A stretch of DNA of 64,000 nucleotides from Gemmataceae bacterium. GTDB lineage: Bacteria; Planctomycetota; Planctomycetia; Gemmatales; Gemmataceae. Below the pieces are notes generated by a model. That model ran no database searches, had not been told where the DNA came from, and was given only the letters and a program-made list of their open reading frames with translations. The stretch is taken from positions 50,829-114,828 of the forward strand of contig JBDNHI010000103.1 in the NCBI GenBank assembly GCA_041694635.1. The letters run 5' to 3'. The translations under genes were made by a program, and so were the position numbers. Shown piece by piece: positions 11,609 to 22,232 of this stretch (its first letter is position 1; the number at the start of each line of letters is the position of its first letter).

Positions 11609-11665
11609 TTTAACCCCTAATGAGTCGATATCGGGTTTATTAATAAGGTTAGGTGTACAAGTAAC

Positions 11666-11749
11666 CCCAACTGCCTTGGCAAAGTGAGTATCTGTAACTT
11701 GGAGGTAATGCCCAATAGCTATGGCGGGGGTGTTGCCTACCCAAACCAA
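11666..11749 (-). pseudogene. Remnant of the C-terminal end of a tyrosine-type integrase
   Basis: The translation VWVGNTPAIAIGHYLQVTDTHFAKAVG resembles the C-terminal (W)LG(H/N)s..va..HY motif, including the catalytic Tyr, of tyrosine recombinases. No catalytic domain lies upstream, and the track ORF then runs through non-coding DNA into the tRNA. Confidence 0.35.
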
Positions 11750-12024
11750 ATGCGATTTAATCTAAAAATGGAAACGGTGGCAAATACTATTGGCCGCACA
11801 TTATTGAGTCTGGATTGAGTCTGGTCGGCGAAGTACCGGTGCTAAAAAGCGAATTCAACTGGGCTTGATGATTACCTGATTGGCGAAATTAAATTTGCCA
11901 ACCAAGGAGATTGGCGCTCCTAAGATTAGACACCTGGTGTTCACAGATGACAAAAAGTGCCAGATTGAATAGCTAAGGCAGGCCCCGTTTTGGCCAACTG
12001 CGTAAGTCCTAAATGATTGTACTA

Positions 12025-12534
12025 TCAACTTTTCAGCAGTTCTAAATATGAAGCTGAAACTAATTGATCTGGCAAAAGCTTTAATCTATCTAAAAGGTTT
12101 TGAGCAATAGTTTCGCCCAAGGCTGCCGTTTCATTTTCACCTAGCACGACTTCGATTTCAAGGAAGTCCCCTAATCCCTCTACCTGATCTAAATGAATTC
12201 GAGTTTGCCCAGAAAGATAAAGAGTTCGCTTCTTAATAACGGTGCCAAGAATGCCAAAGGCAGAGTCAAGAACCAGCTTAAGAGAATCGGGATTCGGAGT
12301 AGGAGAGATATTATAGTTGGAAAGTTTGGGGCCAGCAAGGCTAGGCCTTTGATAGTAAATTAATTCACCCTTTGATTGCGAAAAAGTACGAAGTTTAAGA
12401 AAACCAGTGGTGCAATTAAAGAAGGTATCTTGCTGAAAGAGTAGGAAAGGGCCGGAATCTGCAAGGGCTGCAACTTGAATAGCAAGGTCATTGAAATTTG
12501 ATATTCGTGCTTTAATCTCGATGTTTCTAGCCAT
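12025..12534 (-). CDS. CYTH-domain protein (class IV adenylate cyclase / CyaB-like)
   Basis: MARNIEIKARISNFNDL... has the EIK signature at the N-terminus, and LEIEVVL lies near the C-terminus. The size is about 170 aa. ATG 12534 is preferred over the TTG at 12579. Confidence 0.75.
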   Translation of the reverse strand: MARNIEIKARISNFNDLAIQVAALADSGPFLLFQQDTFFNCTTGFLKLRTFSQSKGELIYYQRPSLAGPKLSNYNISPTPNPDSLKLVLDSAFGILGTVIKKRTLYLSGQTRIHLDQVEGLGDFLEIEVVLGENETAALGETIAQNLLDRLKLLPDQLVSASYLELLKS

Positions 12535-12768
12535 TTTAGTTACCAAAAGCGCCGTTAAATCAAAAGGTATTTTTATCAAGGTTGTGATGTTAAGCTATAA
12601 AAGAATTGGGGGATTAAGATTAATTTAAAGATTAAGTTAGGAACTGAGAAAGGTTTTATTTGCCTTTGCCTAGGACCACCTATAGGATATTAATAAGGTT
12701 CTTTCTACTCTCCCAAAGCACAATAAGGAAGGCATTCAGCCGCCAACCTTAATTGGAGTTTTATACCC

Positions 12769-14181
12769 GTGACTCCCCGCGAGATCTTAGCTCACATCCG
12801 TGAAAAAGAAGTGAGAGCAATAGATCTAAGATTTATGGACTTCCCCGGTCTTTGGAAGCATTTTACCATCCCAGCAACTGCTCTATGCGAATCGACTTTC
12901 GAAGAAGGTCTTGGGTTCGATGGTGCAAGTATGCGAGGTTGGCAAACCATTAATGAATCCGACATGGTTGTAATGCCTGTACCCGAGACAGCGTTTCTTG
13001 ATCCATTTGCAAAGGAAAAGACGCTGACAATGATATGCAATATTCAAGACCCGTTAACCCGAGAAGATTACACCAGGGATCCGCGAAATGTCGCAAGGAA
13101 AGCGACGAATTATATGAAGGCATCGGGGATTTGTGATACCGCCTACTTTGGTCCGAAAATTGAATTCTTCGTCTTTGATGAAATCCGCTACAACCAAAAC
13201 GAACATAGTGGCTACTACTTTATAGAAAGTGCAGAGGGCGCTTGGAACACGGGTAGGAAAGAAGAGCCAAATTTGGGTCATAAAATTCGCTATAAGGAAG
13301 GTTATCTGAATTGCCCGCCTTCTGATTCTAACCACGATTTACGCAGCGAAATGATGCTTACGATGCTAGATTGCGGAATTGAAATTGAATCGCATCATCA
13401 CGAAGGATCGACTGCGGGGCAGGGTGAAATTGATATTCGGTTTTCGACCTTGGTTGAAATGGCAGACAGTGTGCTTAAGTATAAGTACATTGTTAAAAAT
13501 GTTGCTCGAAAGCATAATAAATCTGCGACCTTTATGCCTAAGCCTTTGTTTCAAGATCACGGAAGTGGTATGCACATTCATTGTTCCTTATGGAAGGGTG
13601 GTAAAAACCTCTTTGCAGGAACAGGCTACGCTGGGCTTAGCGATACCGCAATGTATGCGATAGGTGGATTATTAAAGCACGCGCCATCTTTATGCGCTAT
13701 CACTAATCCAACCACGAACAGTTATAAACGATTGGTACCTGGCTATGATGCGCCAACACGGTTGGCGTATAGCAGTAGGAACCGCTCTGCTGCAATTAGA
13801 ATACCGGTGCATTCGCACAAGGCGAATTCCAAGCGCATTGAATACCGCTGCCCAGATGGATCGAGCAACCCTTATCTGGCGTTTGCAGGAATGTTGATGG
13901 CAATGCTGGATGGCATTAAGAATAAGATTCATCCGGGCGACCCGATGGATAGAAACATCTATGATCTAGGGCCAGAAGAACGCTTAAAGTTGCCGGGAAC
14001 GCCTAGTTCACTTGAAGAATCGTTAAATAATTTAGAGCAAGATCACGAATTTCTTTTACAAGGCGATGTTTTTACGGAAGATGTAATCCGTACTTGGATT
14101 CAATATAAGCGTGAGAACGAGGTAGAGGCAATTAGAATGAGGCCTCACCCTTACGAATTTGCGCTTTATTATGATTTATAA
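12769..14181 (+). CDS. glnA: Glutamine synthetase type I
   Basis: 470 aa with motifs FDGASMRGW, MPKPLFQDHGSGMHIH and NPYLAFAGMLMA. NIYDLGPEE retains the Tyr at the adenylylation position. GTG start. Confidence 0.95.
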   Translation: MTPREILAHIREKEVRAIDLRFMDFPGLWKHFTIPATALCESTFEEGLGFDGASMRGWQTINESDMVVMPVPETAFLDPFAKEKTLTMICNIQDPLTREDYTRDPRNVARKATNYMKASGICDTAYFGPKIEFFVFDEIRYNQNEHSGYYFIESAEGAWNTGRKEEPNLGHKIRYKEGYLNCPPSDSNHDLRSEMMLTMLDCGIEIESHHHEGSTAGQGEIDIRFSTLVEMADSVLKYKYIVKNVARKHNKSATFMPKPLFQDHGSGMHIHCSLWKGGKNLFAGTGYAGLSDTAMYAIGGLLKHAPSLCAITNPTTNSYKRLVPGYDAPTRLAYSSRNRSAAIRIPVHSHKANSKRIEYRCPDGSSNPYLAFAGMLMAMLDGIKNKIHPGDPMDRNIYDLGPEERLKLPGTPSSLEESLNNLEQDHEFLLQGDVFTEDVIRTWIQYKRENEVEAIRMRPHPYEFALYYDL

Positions 14182-14290
14182 TGTGACTCTCTAGTACGAG
14201 TCGGCAAGAGAAGGAGTGCGCGGCCTTCACAATGCCTATGACTGGTGCGAATTCCCGCGTTACTTTATTTAGCTTTAGAGGATTTTTAAT

Positions 14291-16477
14291 ATGAATTCAC
14301 CCAACTCTCGTTCCCAAGCTGTTCAGGCTATTGCCAACGCTAAGCATCTACTAGAAAGAGTAGACTTTCAATCAAAACAATTGAAAGAGCTTTTTGGATG
14401 TAATGTGTTTAATGAAAATGTGCAGCGAGAACGCTTGCCAAAATCTGTTTTCAAAGCATTACAAAAGACAATTAAGCAGGGTGCCCCTCTTGACCCCGAT
14501 ATAGCAGAAAGCGTCGCAAGTGCGATGAAGGATTGGGCTATAGAAAAAGGCGCAACTCATTACACTCATATTTTCCAGCCAATGACCGGCCTAACTGCTG
14601 AAAAGCACGATAGCTTTTTACAAGTAGATAGTTCAGGTCGAGCTTTAGTAGAATTCAGCGGCAAGGAACTTGTCAAAGGCGAACCCGATGCCAGTTCTTT
14701 CCCTTCGGGTGGTATTCGAGCTACTTTTGAAGCTCGTGGTTATACAGGTTGGGATCCAACAAGCCCTGCTTATATCCTTGAAAACCCCAATGGAACTACT
14801 CTGGTTATTCCAACTGTTTTCCTTAGCTGGACAGGCGATATTCTCGATAAGAAAACTCCGCTACTTAAATCTATGGAAGTTCTTTCTCATCAGGCGCTTC
14901 GAATTGTTCGGCTTTTTGGCAACAAAGATGCCAAGAAAGTCTTTACGACTGTTGGCCCCGAGCAGGAATATTTTTTAATCGACCGCAGCTTTTATTTAGC
15001 CCGCCCTGATCTGCTTCATACAGGCAGAACGCTTATGGGTGCTGCTTCTCCCAAGGGGCAGGAACTAGAAGACCAATACTTCGGCCATATCCCCGACCGT
15101 GTGATTGCCTATATGGCAGATTGCGAAGCGCAATTGTTCAAACTAGGTGTGCCTGTCAAAACTAGGCACAATGAAGTTGCTCCTAGTCAGTACGAAATCG
15201 CTCCTATTTTTGAAGATTCAAATCTTGCGACCGATCATCAAAATCTGTTGATGGAAATCCTGCGTAAGACAGCGCCTAATTACGGCATGGCGTGTTTGTT
15301 CCACGAAAAACCTTTTGCAGGTATCAATGGATCTGGTAAGCACAACAACTGGTCAATGTCTACTGACTCTGGCGAAAACCTGCTTAACCCAGGCGATACT
15401 CCCCACGAAAACGCTCAGTTCCTTGTATTCTGTGTTGCAGTTATTCGAGCTGTTGCAAAGTATCCAGAACTTCTTCGCGTTGTGGTAAGTGGCGCAGCGA
15501 ATGATCACCGACTTGGCGCAAATGAAGCTCCCCCTGCAATTATGTCGATTTTCTTGGGCGACCAGCTCCAAGATATTATGGATCAAATTGAAGCGGGTGG
15601 TGCAAAGAGTACCAAGCAAGGTGGGGAAATGGCAATTGGTGCAACCGTATTGCCAAAACTTCCACGCGATGCAGGCGACCGCAACCGAACCAGTCCTTTT
15701 GCCTTCACAGGTAATAAGTTCGAGTTCCGAGCTGTGGGATCTTCCCAATCAGTTTCTGGGCCAAACTCGGTTCTTAACACCATCGTTGCTGAATCGCTTG
15801 ACTACATCGCAACCGACCTTGAAAAAGCTGTGAAGGGTGGAAAAGACCTTCATAAAGCTATCCAAGATTTACTTCCAGGAATCCTCAAGGAAAGCAAAAA
15901 GGTTCTGTTCAATGGCGATGGCTATTCGGAAGAATGGCATAAAGAAGCCGAGAAGCGTGGGTTGCCAAACCTTCGTACCACCACCGAGGCACTACCAGTA
16001 ATCATCCGAAAAGATAGCATTGATCTTTTCACCAAGTACAAGGTCTACACCGAGAAAGAACTTCATAGCCGATTTGTCATCCTCTGCGAAAACTATGTTA
16101 AAACCATCAAAATCGAAGGTAAAACAGGGTTGTTTATGGCAAAAGGTATGATTCTTCCCGCTGCGATTCGCTTCCAAGGTGAAGTTGCGATTTCGGTAAA
16201 TGCCACCAAAGCTGCAGGGGTTGAAAACGGCGCTCAACTTGAGTTCTTAAAATCCCTCACCGCATTAATCACCGAATTCCAGAAAGCTATTGCCCATTTA
16301 GAAAAGGTGCTTGGCGAACACGCAATGGGCGATGACCTTGCACACGCAGTTCATGCTCGTGACCATATTTTAATCAGCCTTGTCAAACTGCGAACCGTTG
16401 CAGATAAACTTGAAACCATCGTTGCTGATGATCATTGGCCATTACCAACCTACCGCGAAATGCTCTTTATCAAGTAA
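14291..16477 (+). CDS. glnN: Glutamine synthetase type III
   Basis: 728 aa, the length typical of type III. Motifs are [25 protein letters not shown] and [21 protein letters not shown]. Confidence 0.9.
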   Translation: MNSPNSRSQAVQAIANAKHLLERVDFQSKQLKELFGCNVFNENVQRERLPKSVFKALQKTIKQGAPLDPDIAESVASAMKDWAIEKGATHYTHIFQPMTGLTAEKHDSFLQVDSSGRALVEFSGKELVKGEPDASSFPSGGIRATFEARGYTGWDPTSPAYILENPNGTTLVIPTVFLSWTGDILDKKTPLLKSMEVLSHQALRIVRLFGNKDAKKVFTTVGPEQEYFLIDRSFYLARPDLLHTGRTLMGAASPKGQELEDQYFGHIPDRVIAYMADCEAQLFKLGVPVKTRHNEVAPSQYEIAPIFEDSNLATDHQNLLMEILRKTAPNYGMACLFHEKPFAGINGSGKHNNWSMSTDSGENLLNPGDTPHENAQFLVFCVAVIRAVAKYPELLRVVVSGAANDHRLGANEAPPAIMSIFLGDQLQDIMDQIEAGGAKSTKQGGEMAIGATVLPKLPRDAGDRNRTSPFAFTGNKFEFRAVGSSQSVSGPNSVLNTIVAESLDYIATDLEKAVKGGKDLHKAIQDLLPGILKESKKVLFNGDGYSEEWHKEAEKRGLPNLRTTTEALPVIIRKDSIDLFTKYKVYTEKELHSRFVILCENYVKTIKIEGKTGLFMAKGMILPAAIRFQGEVAISVNATKAAGVENGAQLEFLKSLTALITEFQKAIAHLEKVLGEHAMGDDLAHAVHARDHILISLVKLRTVADKLETIVADDHWPLPTYREMLFIK

Positions 16478-16490
16478 GAGTAGAAAGCAA

Positions 16491-16529
16491 AAAAGAACCC
16501 CAAGGTATAGCTACCTTGGGGTTCTTTTT
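16491..16529. terminator. Bidirectional intrinsic terminator between convergent glnN and the DUF1080 gene
   Basis: Perfect 17-bp stem aaaagaaccccaaggta / taccttggggttctttt with loop tagc, flanked by an A-run and a T-run. Confidence 0.8.
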
Positions 16530-16542
16530 ATTTAACAATTAC

Positions 16543-17352
16543 TTACTTAGAGTCTTTGATTTTATTTAGCTCTTTAAGTTTATTTGCGACGCTTGCTTTT
16601 TCTGGTGAAAGCAGTTCTTTGAATTCTCTGACCCAGATATTACGGAACTTGACTGGGTTGCCGTGAAACTGGATATCGATGGGAAGCTTCTCGGGGTGAG
16701 CTTTGAATTCTGGTGGCCGATCGTACATAGTGCCGCCTTGAAGTTCGGAATGGTTTTGCACGAGTACGCCGTTATGAAGTACGGTAAAGTTCCCAGGTTT
16801 TAAGACTTTGCCCTCTTTATCAAATCTTGGGGTATTAAAGATAATATCGTAAGTTTGCCAATCGCCAGGTTTATTGGAAGCATTAACAAGGGGTGGATAC
16901 TGCTTGTAGATGGAAGCAGCTTGGCCATCGAAGTAGGTTTTATTTTGGAAGGAATCGAGGATTTGGATTTCGTATTTGCCCATAAAGTAAACGCCGCTGT
17001 TGCCACGCCCTTGGCCATTACCTTCAACTTTTTCAGGAGAGGCCCATTCGAGGTGTAATTGGACATCGCCAAAGGCTTGTTTAGTAGAGATGCCTGATTT
17101 GAAAGCAGTGGCTATGCCGTCGCTGATTTTCCAATTTTCGCCGTTCTTCCAGCTAGAAAGGTCTTTGCCATCGAAAAGAATAATAGCATCGGAAGGAGGT
17201 CCGCCCGCTACCCCAGGTGTAACCACTTTCGGTTCGGGCCATTCAATACCACTTTTAAATTCTTTTTGAGCCAAGGCAGAAGCACCTGAAAGCAACAATG
17301 CGACCAGGGAAGCAGCAAAAGGTTTGCGTAAGGAAACAGGAAAAAGATTCAT
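16543..17352 (-). CDS. Secreted DUF1080 (3-keto-disaccharide hydrolase-like, concanavalin-fold) protein
   Basis: Signal peptide followed by DGKDLSSWK...GNSGVYFMGKYEIQILDS...GDWQTYDIIF...TVLHNGVLVQNHSEL...IQFHGNPVKFRNIWVRE. Confidence 0.85.
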   Translation of the reverse strand: MNLFPVSLRKPFAASLVALLLSGASALAQKEFKSGIEWPEPKVVTPGVAGGPPSDAIILFDGKDLSSWKNGENWKISDGIATAFKSGISTKQAFGDVQLHLEWASPEKVEGNGQGRGNSGVYFMGKYEIQILDSFQNKTYFDGQAASIYKQYPPLVNASNKPGDWQTYDIIFNTPRFDKEGKVLKPGNFTVLHNGVLVQNHSELQGGTMYDRPPEFKAHPEKLPIDIQFHGNPVKFRNIWVREFKELLSPEKASVANKLKELNKIKDSK

Positions 17353-17433
17353 GAAAGATACTCCGAGATGAGGAATGTTAAAGGGCCAGAAGAGAGATTC
17401 TATTATGAAATGGAAGTGAATCCAAAAGATTTA

Positions 17434-18594
17434 TTAGCGGATAGTAAACTTGTTTCCGGGTAGTCGTTTGATCAGGCGCTTCATTTCCATACCTATCAAT
17501 TTGCCTGCAATAACAGAGGCACTTTGACTGGTTTGCCTAATGATTTCATCCATGTAAATTTCATTAACTACAAGTAAGTGCCAAATTTTGGATTCAATAT
17601 CGTCGAGTCCGGTGGGTAAAATAGCCAAGGTATTAGTTTCCGCTTTATTGGGTTTTTCTTTAGGTGCATCTGTAATTCCGGGTAAAAGCTTTTGACTAAA
17701 AGAAGGTGCCCAATCCCTTAGTTCGTCGAGTATATCATCAACAGAGCGAACTAAAATTGCCCCTTTCCGAATCAGAGCATTGGTGCCACCACTTGCGGAA
17801 GATTCAATACTACCCGGAACAGCCAAAACAGGTTTACCTTGTTCTGAAGCATGAACAGCAGAAATAAGAGCGCCACTTTTCTCGGCTGCTTCTATAATAA
17901 TAACGGCTTTGCTTAAGCCGCTGATGATACGATTTCGTGCAGGAAACATTCCAGGCAGAGGATCTTGCATCATCGGGGCTTCTACAATAAGTGCACCTGC
18001 TTGTGCCACTTCCTGCGCAAGCTTTAGATGTTCGGGTGGATAAATTTTGGATAACCCGCCCGCAAGGACTGCAATGGTTCTTCCCCCCGCTTCTAATGCT
18101 CCAAGATGAGCTTCTGCATCTATCCCACGGGCCAAGCCGCTTACAATAGTGTACCCTGCCTGAGCCAACCCCTTGGCGAATTTTCTTGCAATTCGTTTCC
18201 CATACTCGGTGCAAGCTCTGGATCCTACAATGGCAACGGCCTTAGAATCGGTGGGGAGAATCGTTCCTTTATAATAAAGCACCCGAGGCGGGTCATAAAT
18301 ATTAGCAAGCGATTCGGGGTAATCGGGCTTATCTTTAAGCAGCGCTTTCACACCGTGCAGGCGCATGTTGGAAAGTTCAATTTCCGCATCGTATTTCCTA
18401 AAAGAATCGTAAAGTTTTAGTGCGATATTATGGCCAAGATGAGGCACGCTTGCTAAGGCTTCAGGCTTAGCAAGCAAGATGGCCTCGGGTGTTTTAAACT
18501 TATCAACGAGTGCCTGAGTCAGCCTTGGTCCAAGGCCGGGAACTAGATTTAAAAGTAACCAAGGCTTTAATTCTTCGTCTGATGGTTCATACAT
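17434..18594 (-). CDS. dprA: DNA-processing protein DprA
   Basis: VAIVGSRACTEYGKRIARKFAKGLAQAGYTIVSGLARGIDAEAH and GSIESSASGGTNALIRKGA. It lies 15 nt downstream of aroB on the same strand. Confidence 0.9.
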   Translation of the reverse strand: MYEPSDEELKPWLLLNLVPGLGPRLTQALVDKFKTPEAILLAKPEALASVPHLGHNIALKLYDSFRKYDAEIELSNMRLHGVKALLKDKPDYPESLANIYDPPRVLYYKGTILPTDSKAVAIVGSRACTEYGKRIARKFAKGLAQAGYTIVSGLARGIDAEAHLGALEAGGRTIAVLAGGLSKIYPPEHLKLAQEVAQAGALIVEAPMMQDPLPGMFPARNRIISGLSKAVIIIEAAEKSGALISAVHASEQGKPVLAVPGSIESSASGGTNALIRKGAILVRSVDDILDELRDWAPSFSQKLLPGITDAPKEKPNKAETNTLAILPTGLDDIESKIWHLLVVNEIYMDEIIRQTSQSASVIAGKLIGMEMKRLIKRLPGNKFTIR

Positions 18595-18609
18595 GGGCGT
18601 TGGAACTAC

Positions 18610-19722
18610 TCAGGTTTGGGGTGACAAAACTCCTTTAACATCATCTTCCGAGACATCATCAAAAAGAGAAACCTCGCCCAGTTTGGTGGGTAGAATGAAT
18701 CTCAGTTTGCCATTCACCGACTTCTTATCATTTCGCATCACATCGATCAAAGCTTTAGAAGAAAGTAAAGGAGGCTTCGTTGGTAGCTTAAATACATTGA
18801 GTAAATCCACCAATCTACGATCAAGATTTGCATCAATCATACCTCGCTTAAGAGCAAGTTTATTAGCACAAACCATGCCTGCAGCCACTGCTTCGCCATG
18901 CAACCATGTGCCGTAACCGCCTATGGTTTCAAAAGCATGAGCAAAAGTATGGCCAAAATTTAATACAGCCCTCAACCCTGTTTCTTCCCTCTCATCTTGT
19001 GAAACAACGAAAGCTTTCAGCTCGCAAGATCGCTTGATAATTTGCCTGAGGGTATGGGGTTGCCTGTCGAGAATAGCTTGGGCATTGGTTTCTAGGAAAG
19101 AAAAGAACTCGGGGTCAAGGATCATGCCATACTTTACAATCTCAGCAAGTCCGCTGTGAAATTCACGCTCAGGAAGGGTATTTAACATGTTGATATCGAT
19201 AGCAACTCCAGAGGGTTGATGAAATGCGCCTATCAGGTTTTTGCCTTTTGGGTGATTGATGCCAACTTTTCCACCAACAGAACTATCCACCATGGAAAGC
19301 AAGGTGGTAGGTATCATAAAAAGTGGAATTCCACGATTAAAAGTTGCAGCGACAAACCCTGCTAGGTCTCCCACCACACCGCCTCCCATAGCAACCACCA
19401 TGGCTTTACGGTCGGCCCGAACTTTTACTAGTTCATCATAAAGCTTGGCAGTGGATTCGAGGCATTTCTGATTTTCACCAGAAGGCAAAACCACTTTCGT
19501 TATTATTCTATTTGAATCTTGCAGCCCTTTAATAAGTTCAGAGGCAGCAGGTTCAACCTTTTGGTCACAAACGACAAAAAGAGAATTGGCGTTTGATATC
19601 GCCAAATTTAGAGAGGAAATATGAGGGAGAAAACCTTCGCCTATAATAATGTCATAACTTCTTGGGCCCAGTTCAACACGGACTTTGTCAGGTTGTTGGT
19701 TACTATTTGATTTCAAGTTCAT
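18610..19722 (-). CDS. aroB: 3-dehydroquinate synthase
   Basis: GGGVVGDLAGFVAATFNRGIPLFMIPTTLLSMVDSSVGGKVGINHPKGKNLIGAFHQP and HGEAVAAGM. ATG 19722 (MNLKSNS...) is preferred over the upstream alternative start at 19821. Confidence 0.9.
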   Translation of the reverse strand: MNLKSNSNQQPDKVRVELGPRSYDIIIGEGFLPHISSLNLAISNANSLFVVCDQKVEPAASELIKGLQDSNRIITKVVLPSGENQKCLESTAKLYDELVKVRADRKAMVVAMGGGVVGDLAGFVAATFNRGIPLFMIPTTLLSMVDSSVGGKVGINHPKGKNLIGAFHQPSGVAIDINMLNTLPEREFHSGLAEIVKYGMILDPEFFSFLETNAQAILDRQPHTLRQIIKRSCELKAFVVSQDEREETGLRAVLNFGHTFAHAFETIGGYGTWLHGEAVAAGMVCANKLALKRGMIDANLDRRLVDLLNVFKLPTKPPLLSSKALIDVMRNDKKSVNGKLRFILPTKLGEVSLFDDVSEDDVKGVLSPQT

Positions 19723-19888
19723 CTCACCTTGAGAAGCGCAAACGATTCTATTTAGCCACTGTGCCAAACGGATGGCACTCAAAGCTTTATTATAATTTAC
19801 AAATTTGAGTAAACACAACAACTTATTTAAACTCTGATAAGCAGATTCAAGCTAGAATAAGGGAATAAACTTTTTCCTAGGTGCCACT

Positions 19889-22072
19889 ATGTTGCGAGAA
19901 GAGCAAATAGATTTAAGAAGATTGCGGGCGAGTCAATCCGATTTTCGCATTGAAAATCAGGGAAGAAACAAGGTATTTAGTGATTATCGGGTGTTTAATA
20001 AACAACGAAACTCCAGTTATAGGGTCAGCATTCGAGGTTTCCACCCGGGCAATAATTTCTGCGAATGCCCGGACTTCAAAACAAATACTCTGGGAACCTG
20101 CAAACATATTGAAGCTGTGCTTGAAACACTTCAGAAAGCCAGTCAGGGATTACCTAAACGAAAGCATGCGCAAATCACTAGGCCCGAAATTGTCCTGCGC
20201 TACGATACTAAATTAAGGCTTGGTATTCTCTTGCCCCCCAGACCTTCCCCCACCTTAGAAAGCCTAGCCCTTGCGTTTTTTGATCAAAATGCTGATCTAA
20301 AGCAGGATGCAAACCTCGAAGAGTTGATGAAGCAAATTGAAAAAACCCCCGAGGAAGTTACAGTCTATTCAGATGCTCTAGATTTTATCAATGATGAACT
20401 TGAATCGAAAAAAATGGCTCTTCGAGAGAATGAACTTCGAACCCTTTACGCCAACGAACAATGGTTTCCCAACCTTTTGAAAACCGAACTTCTTCCCTAT
20501 CAGGTTGAAGGGGCATTATTCCTAGCTTTCCGGTCTCGGTGTATTCTTGCTGATGATATGGGGCTTGGAAAAACCATTCAAGCCCTTGCTGCGGTAGAAT
20601 TGATGGCAGCCGAACGCAACTTAGAACGCGTTTTAATCGTTACCCCTGCTTCGCTCAAATTCCAATGGCTTGAAGAAATTTGTAAATTTACCGACAGACA
20701 AGTGCAAGTCATTGAAGGGTCTGAAACTGAAAGAGAAAAACTTTACGCAACCCCTACTTTTTATCGCATTGTCAATTATGACCTTGTCCGATCCGATCTG
20801 ATGAAAATTAATGCTTGGGAACCCGATTTGGTAATCCTTGATGAGGCCCAGCGAATTAAGAACTGGGAAGCCGAAACCACAAGAGAGGTTAAAAAATTAA
20901 AAAGCAAATTTGCCTTCGTTTTAACAGGAACTCCGCTAGAAAATCGACTAGAAGAACTTTATAGCATTGTGCAATTTGTCGATGCAAGAAGGCTTGGCCC
21001 AGCGTTTCAATTTCTCAATGATCATCGGAAAACCAATGCTGCAGGAAAAACTATCGGGTACCATAACCTAGATCAGATTCGAGAAAAATTAAAACCAATT
21101 TTACTGCGCAGGTCAACCGATAAAATCCAGGCAGAGCTACCCCCAAAAATAGATGTCCCTATTAGGCTAGAGTTATCTCCAAATCAACAAAAACTGCATT
21201 CCGAACTTATGGAGCAACTCGCAAAAGTCGTTTCAAAAAAAACTCTTACCGATGTCGACCGCAATCGATTGCTTAAGATTTTGTCTCGACTAAGGCTTGT
21301 TTGCAACTGCGCCTCTTTGGTGGATGAAAAAATTAGCCCTGATGATTCCCCAAAAATTATTGAACTGATTATTAGGATTAAAGACCTAATAGCATCGGGC
21401 ACAAAAAAAATCGTCATCTTTTGCGAATCAAAAGACTTCCTGAATCAACTTCAAGTTAAATTAAACCTTCATTCCATTGGCCATGTCTTTTTGCATGGCC
21501 AACTTTCAGGCACCAACAGGGCCAATATTGTTAAACAATTTCGCGACGATCCCGCTTTCATGATCTTCCTCAGTACCGATGCAGGCAGTACCGGGTTGAA
21601 TTTACAATTTGCAAATACACTCATCAACTTAGATACGCCTTGGAACCCAGCAGTGTTGGCGCAGCGCCTTGCTCGAGTTCTTCGTATGGGGCAGAAGAAA
21701 ACCGTTCAGGCTTTTCATTTTATCATGGGGGGAAGCATCGAAGAAAAAGTGCTGCAATCCCAGGAGAAGAAAAAACAACTATTCGAGAATCTTTTTGGAA
21801 AAGCGGAAGATCCGTTGGAATGGGAATCGAGTCAGGGGCAGGAATTTCTGGAGCAGGCTAAAAACTGGGTGCAACCCAAGGAACCACTTGGTTTCTCTGG
21901 GGCTCCAAGCATCCAAGAATTAATAGAAACAGCGGTACCCTTTTTTGAGGCACTACTTCATTGCTTGGAAGGGGATAAAACCAAGCTAGAGCTATCGGAA
22001 TTGCCCGAAGCCTTAAAAATTCGATTTTTAGACCTTTGCAAAAGACTCTCAAATCAAAATAAAATTCCGTAA
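19889..22072 (+). CDS. SNF2-family helicase with N-terminal SWIM zinc finger
   Basis: SWIM motif is CECPDFKTNTLGTCKHIEAV. The SNF2 ATPase carries LADDMGLGKTIQA and DEAQRIKN. Helicase-C carries STDAGSTGLNLQFANTLINLDTPWNPAVLAQRLARV. Confidence 0.88.
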   Translation: MLREEQIDLRRLRASQSDFRIENQGRNKVFSDYRVFNKQRNSSYRVSIRGFHPGNNFCECPDFKTNTLGTCKHIEAVLETLQKASQGLPKRKHAQITRPEIVLRYDTKLRLGILLPPRPSPTLESLALAFFDQNADLKQDANLEELMKQIEKTPEEVTVYSDALDFINDELESKKMALRENELRTLYANEQWFPNLLKTELLPYQVEGALFLAFRSRCILADDMGLGKTIQALAAVELMAAERNLERVLIVTPASLKFQWLEEICKFTDRQVQVIEGSETEREKLYATPTFYRIVNYDLVRSDLMKINAWEPDLVILDEAQRIKNWEAETTREVKKLKSKFAFVLTGTPLENRLEELYSIVQFVDARRLGPAFQFLNDHRKTNAAGKTIGYHNLDQIREKLKPILLRRSTDKIQAELPPKIDVPIRLELSPNQQKLHSELMEQLAKVVSKKTLTDVDRNRLLKILSRLRLVCNCASLVDEKISPDDSPKIIELIIRIKDLIASGTKKIVIFCESKDFLNQLQVKLNLHSIGHVFLHGQLSGTNRANIVKQFRDDPAFMIFLSTDAGSTGLNLQFANTLINLDTPWNPAVLAQRLARVLRMGQKKTVQAFHFIMGGSIEEKVLQSQEKKKQLFENLFGKAEDPLEWESSQGQEFLEQAKNWVQPKEPLGFSGAPSIQELIETAVPFFEALLHCLEGDKTKLELSELPEALKIRFLDLCKRLSNQNKIP

Positions 22073-22232
22073 GTGTATGATATAAAACAACTTGAATAGA
22101 ATACTTTAGTTTTAATAATAATTAAAAATATTTTAATAAATGCGAAACATTGAGAACGAAATCGTGTTCAGTACTTAAGTGATAGGTGTGTATACCTGCT
22201 TAAATACCAACGCTTGCCTCAGGAAATCAATC

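Noticed and set aside
11414-11749. 111-aa ORF taken as a real protein gene
   Set aside because: Only the first 28 or so residues look like anything (an integrase tail). The rest reads through repeat DNA and ends inside tRNA-Lys. I treated it as a remnant, not a CDS.
12580-12768. Sigma54 or NtcA-type nitrogen promoter upstream of glnA
   Set aside because: I could not find a convincing TGGCAC-N5-TTGC or GTA-N8-TAC element by eye.
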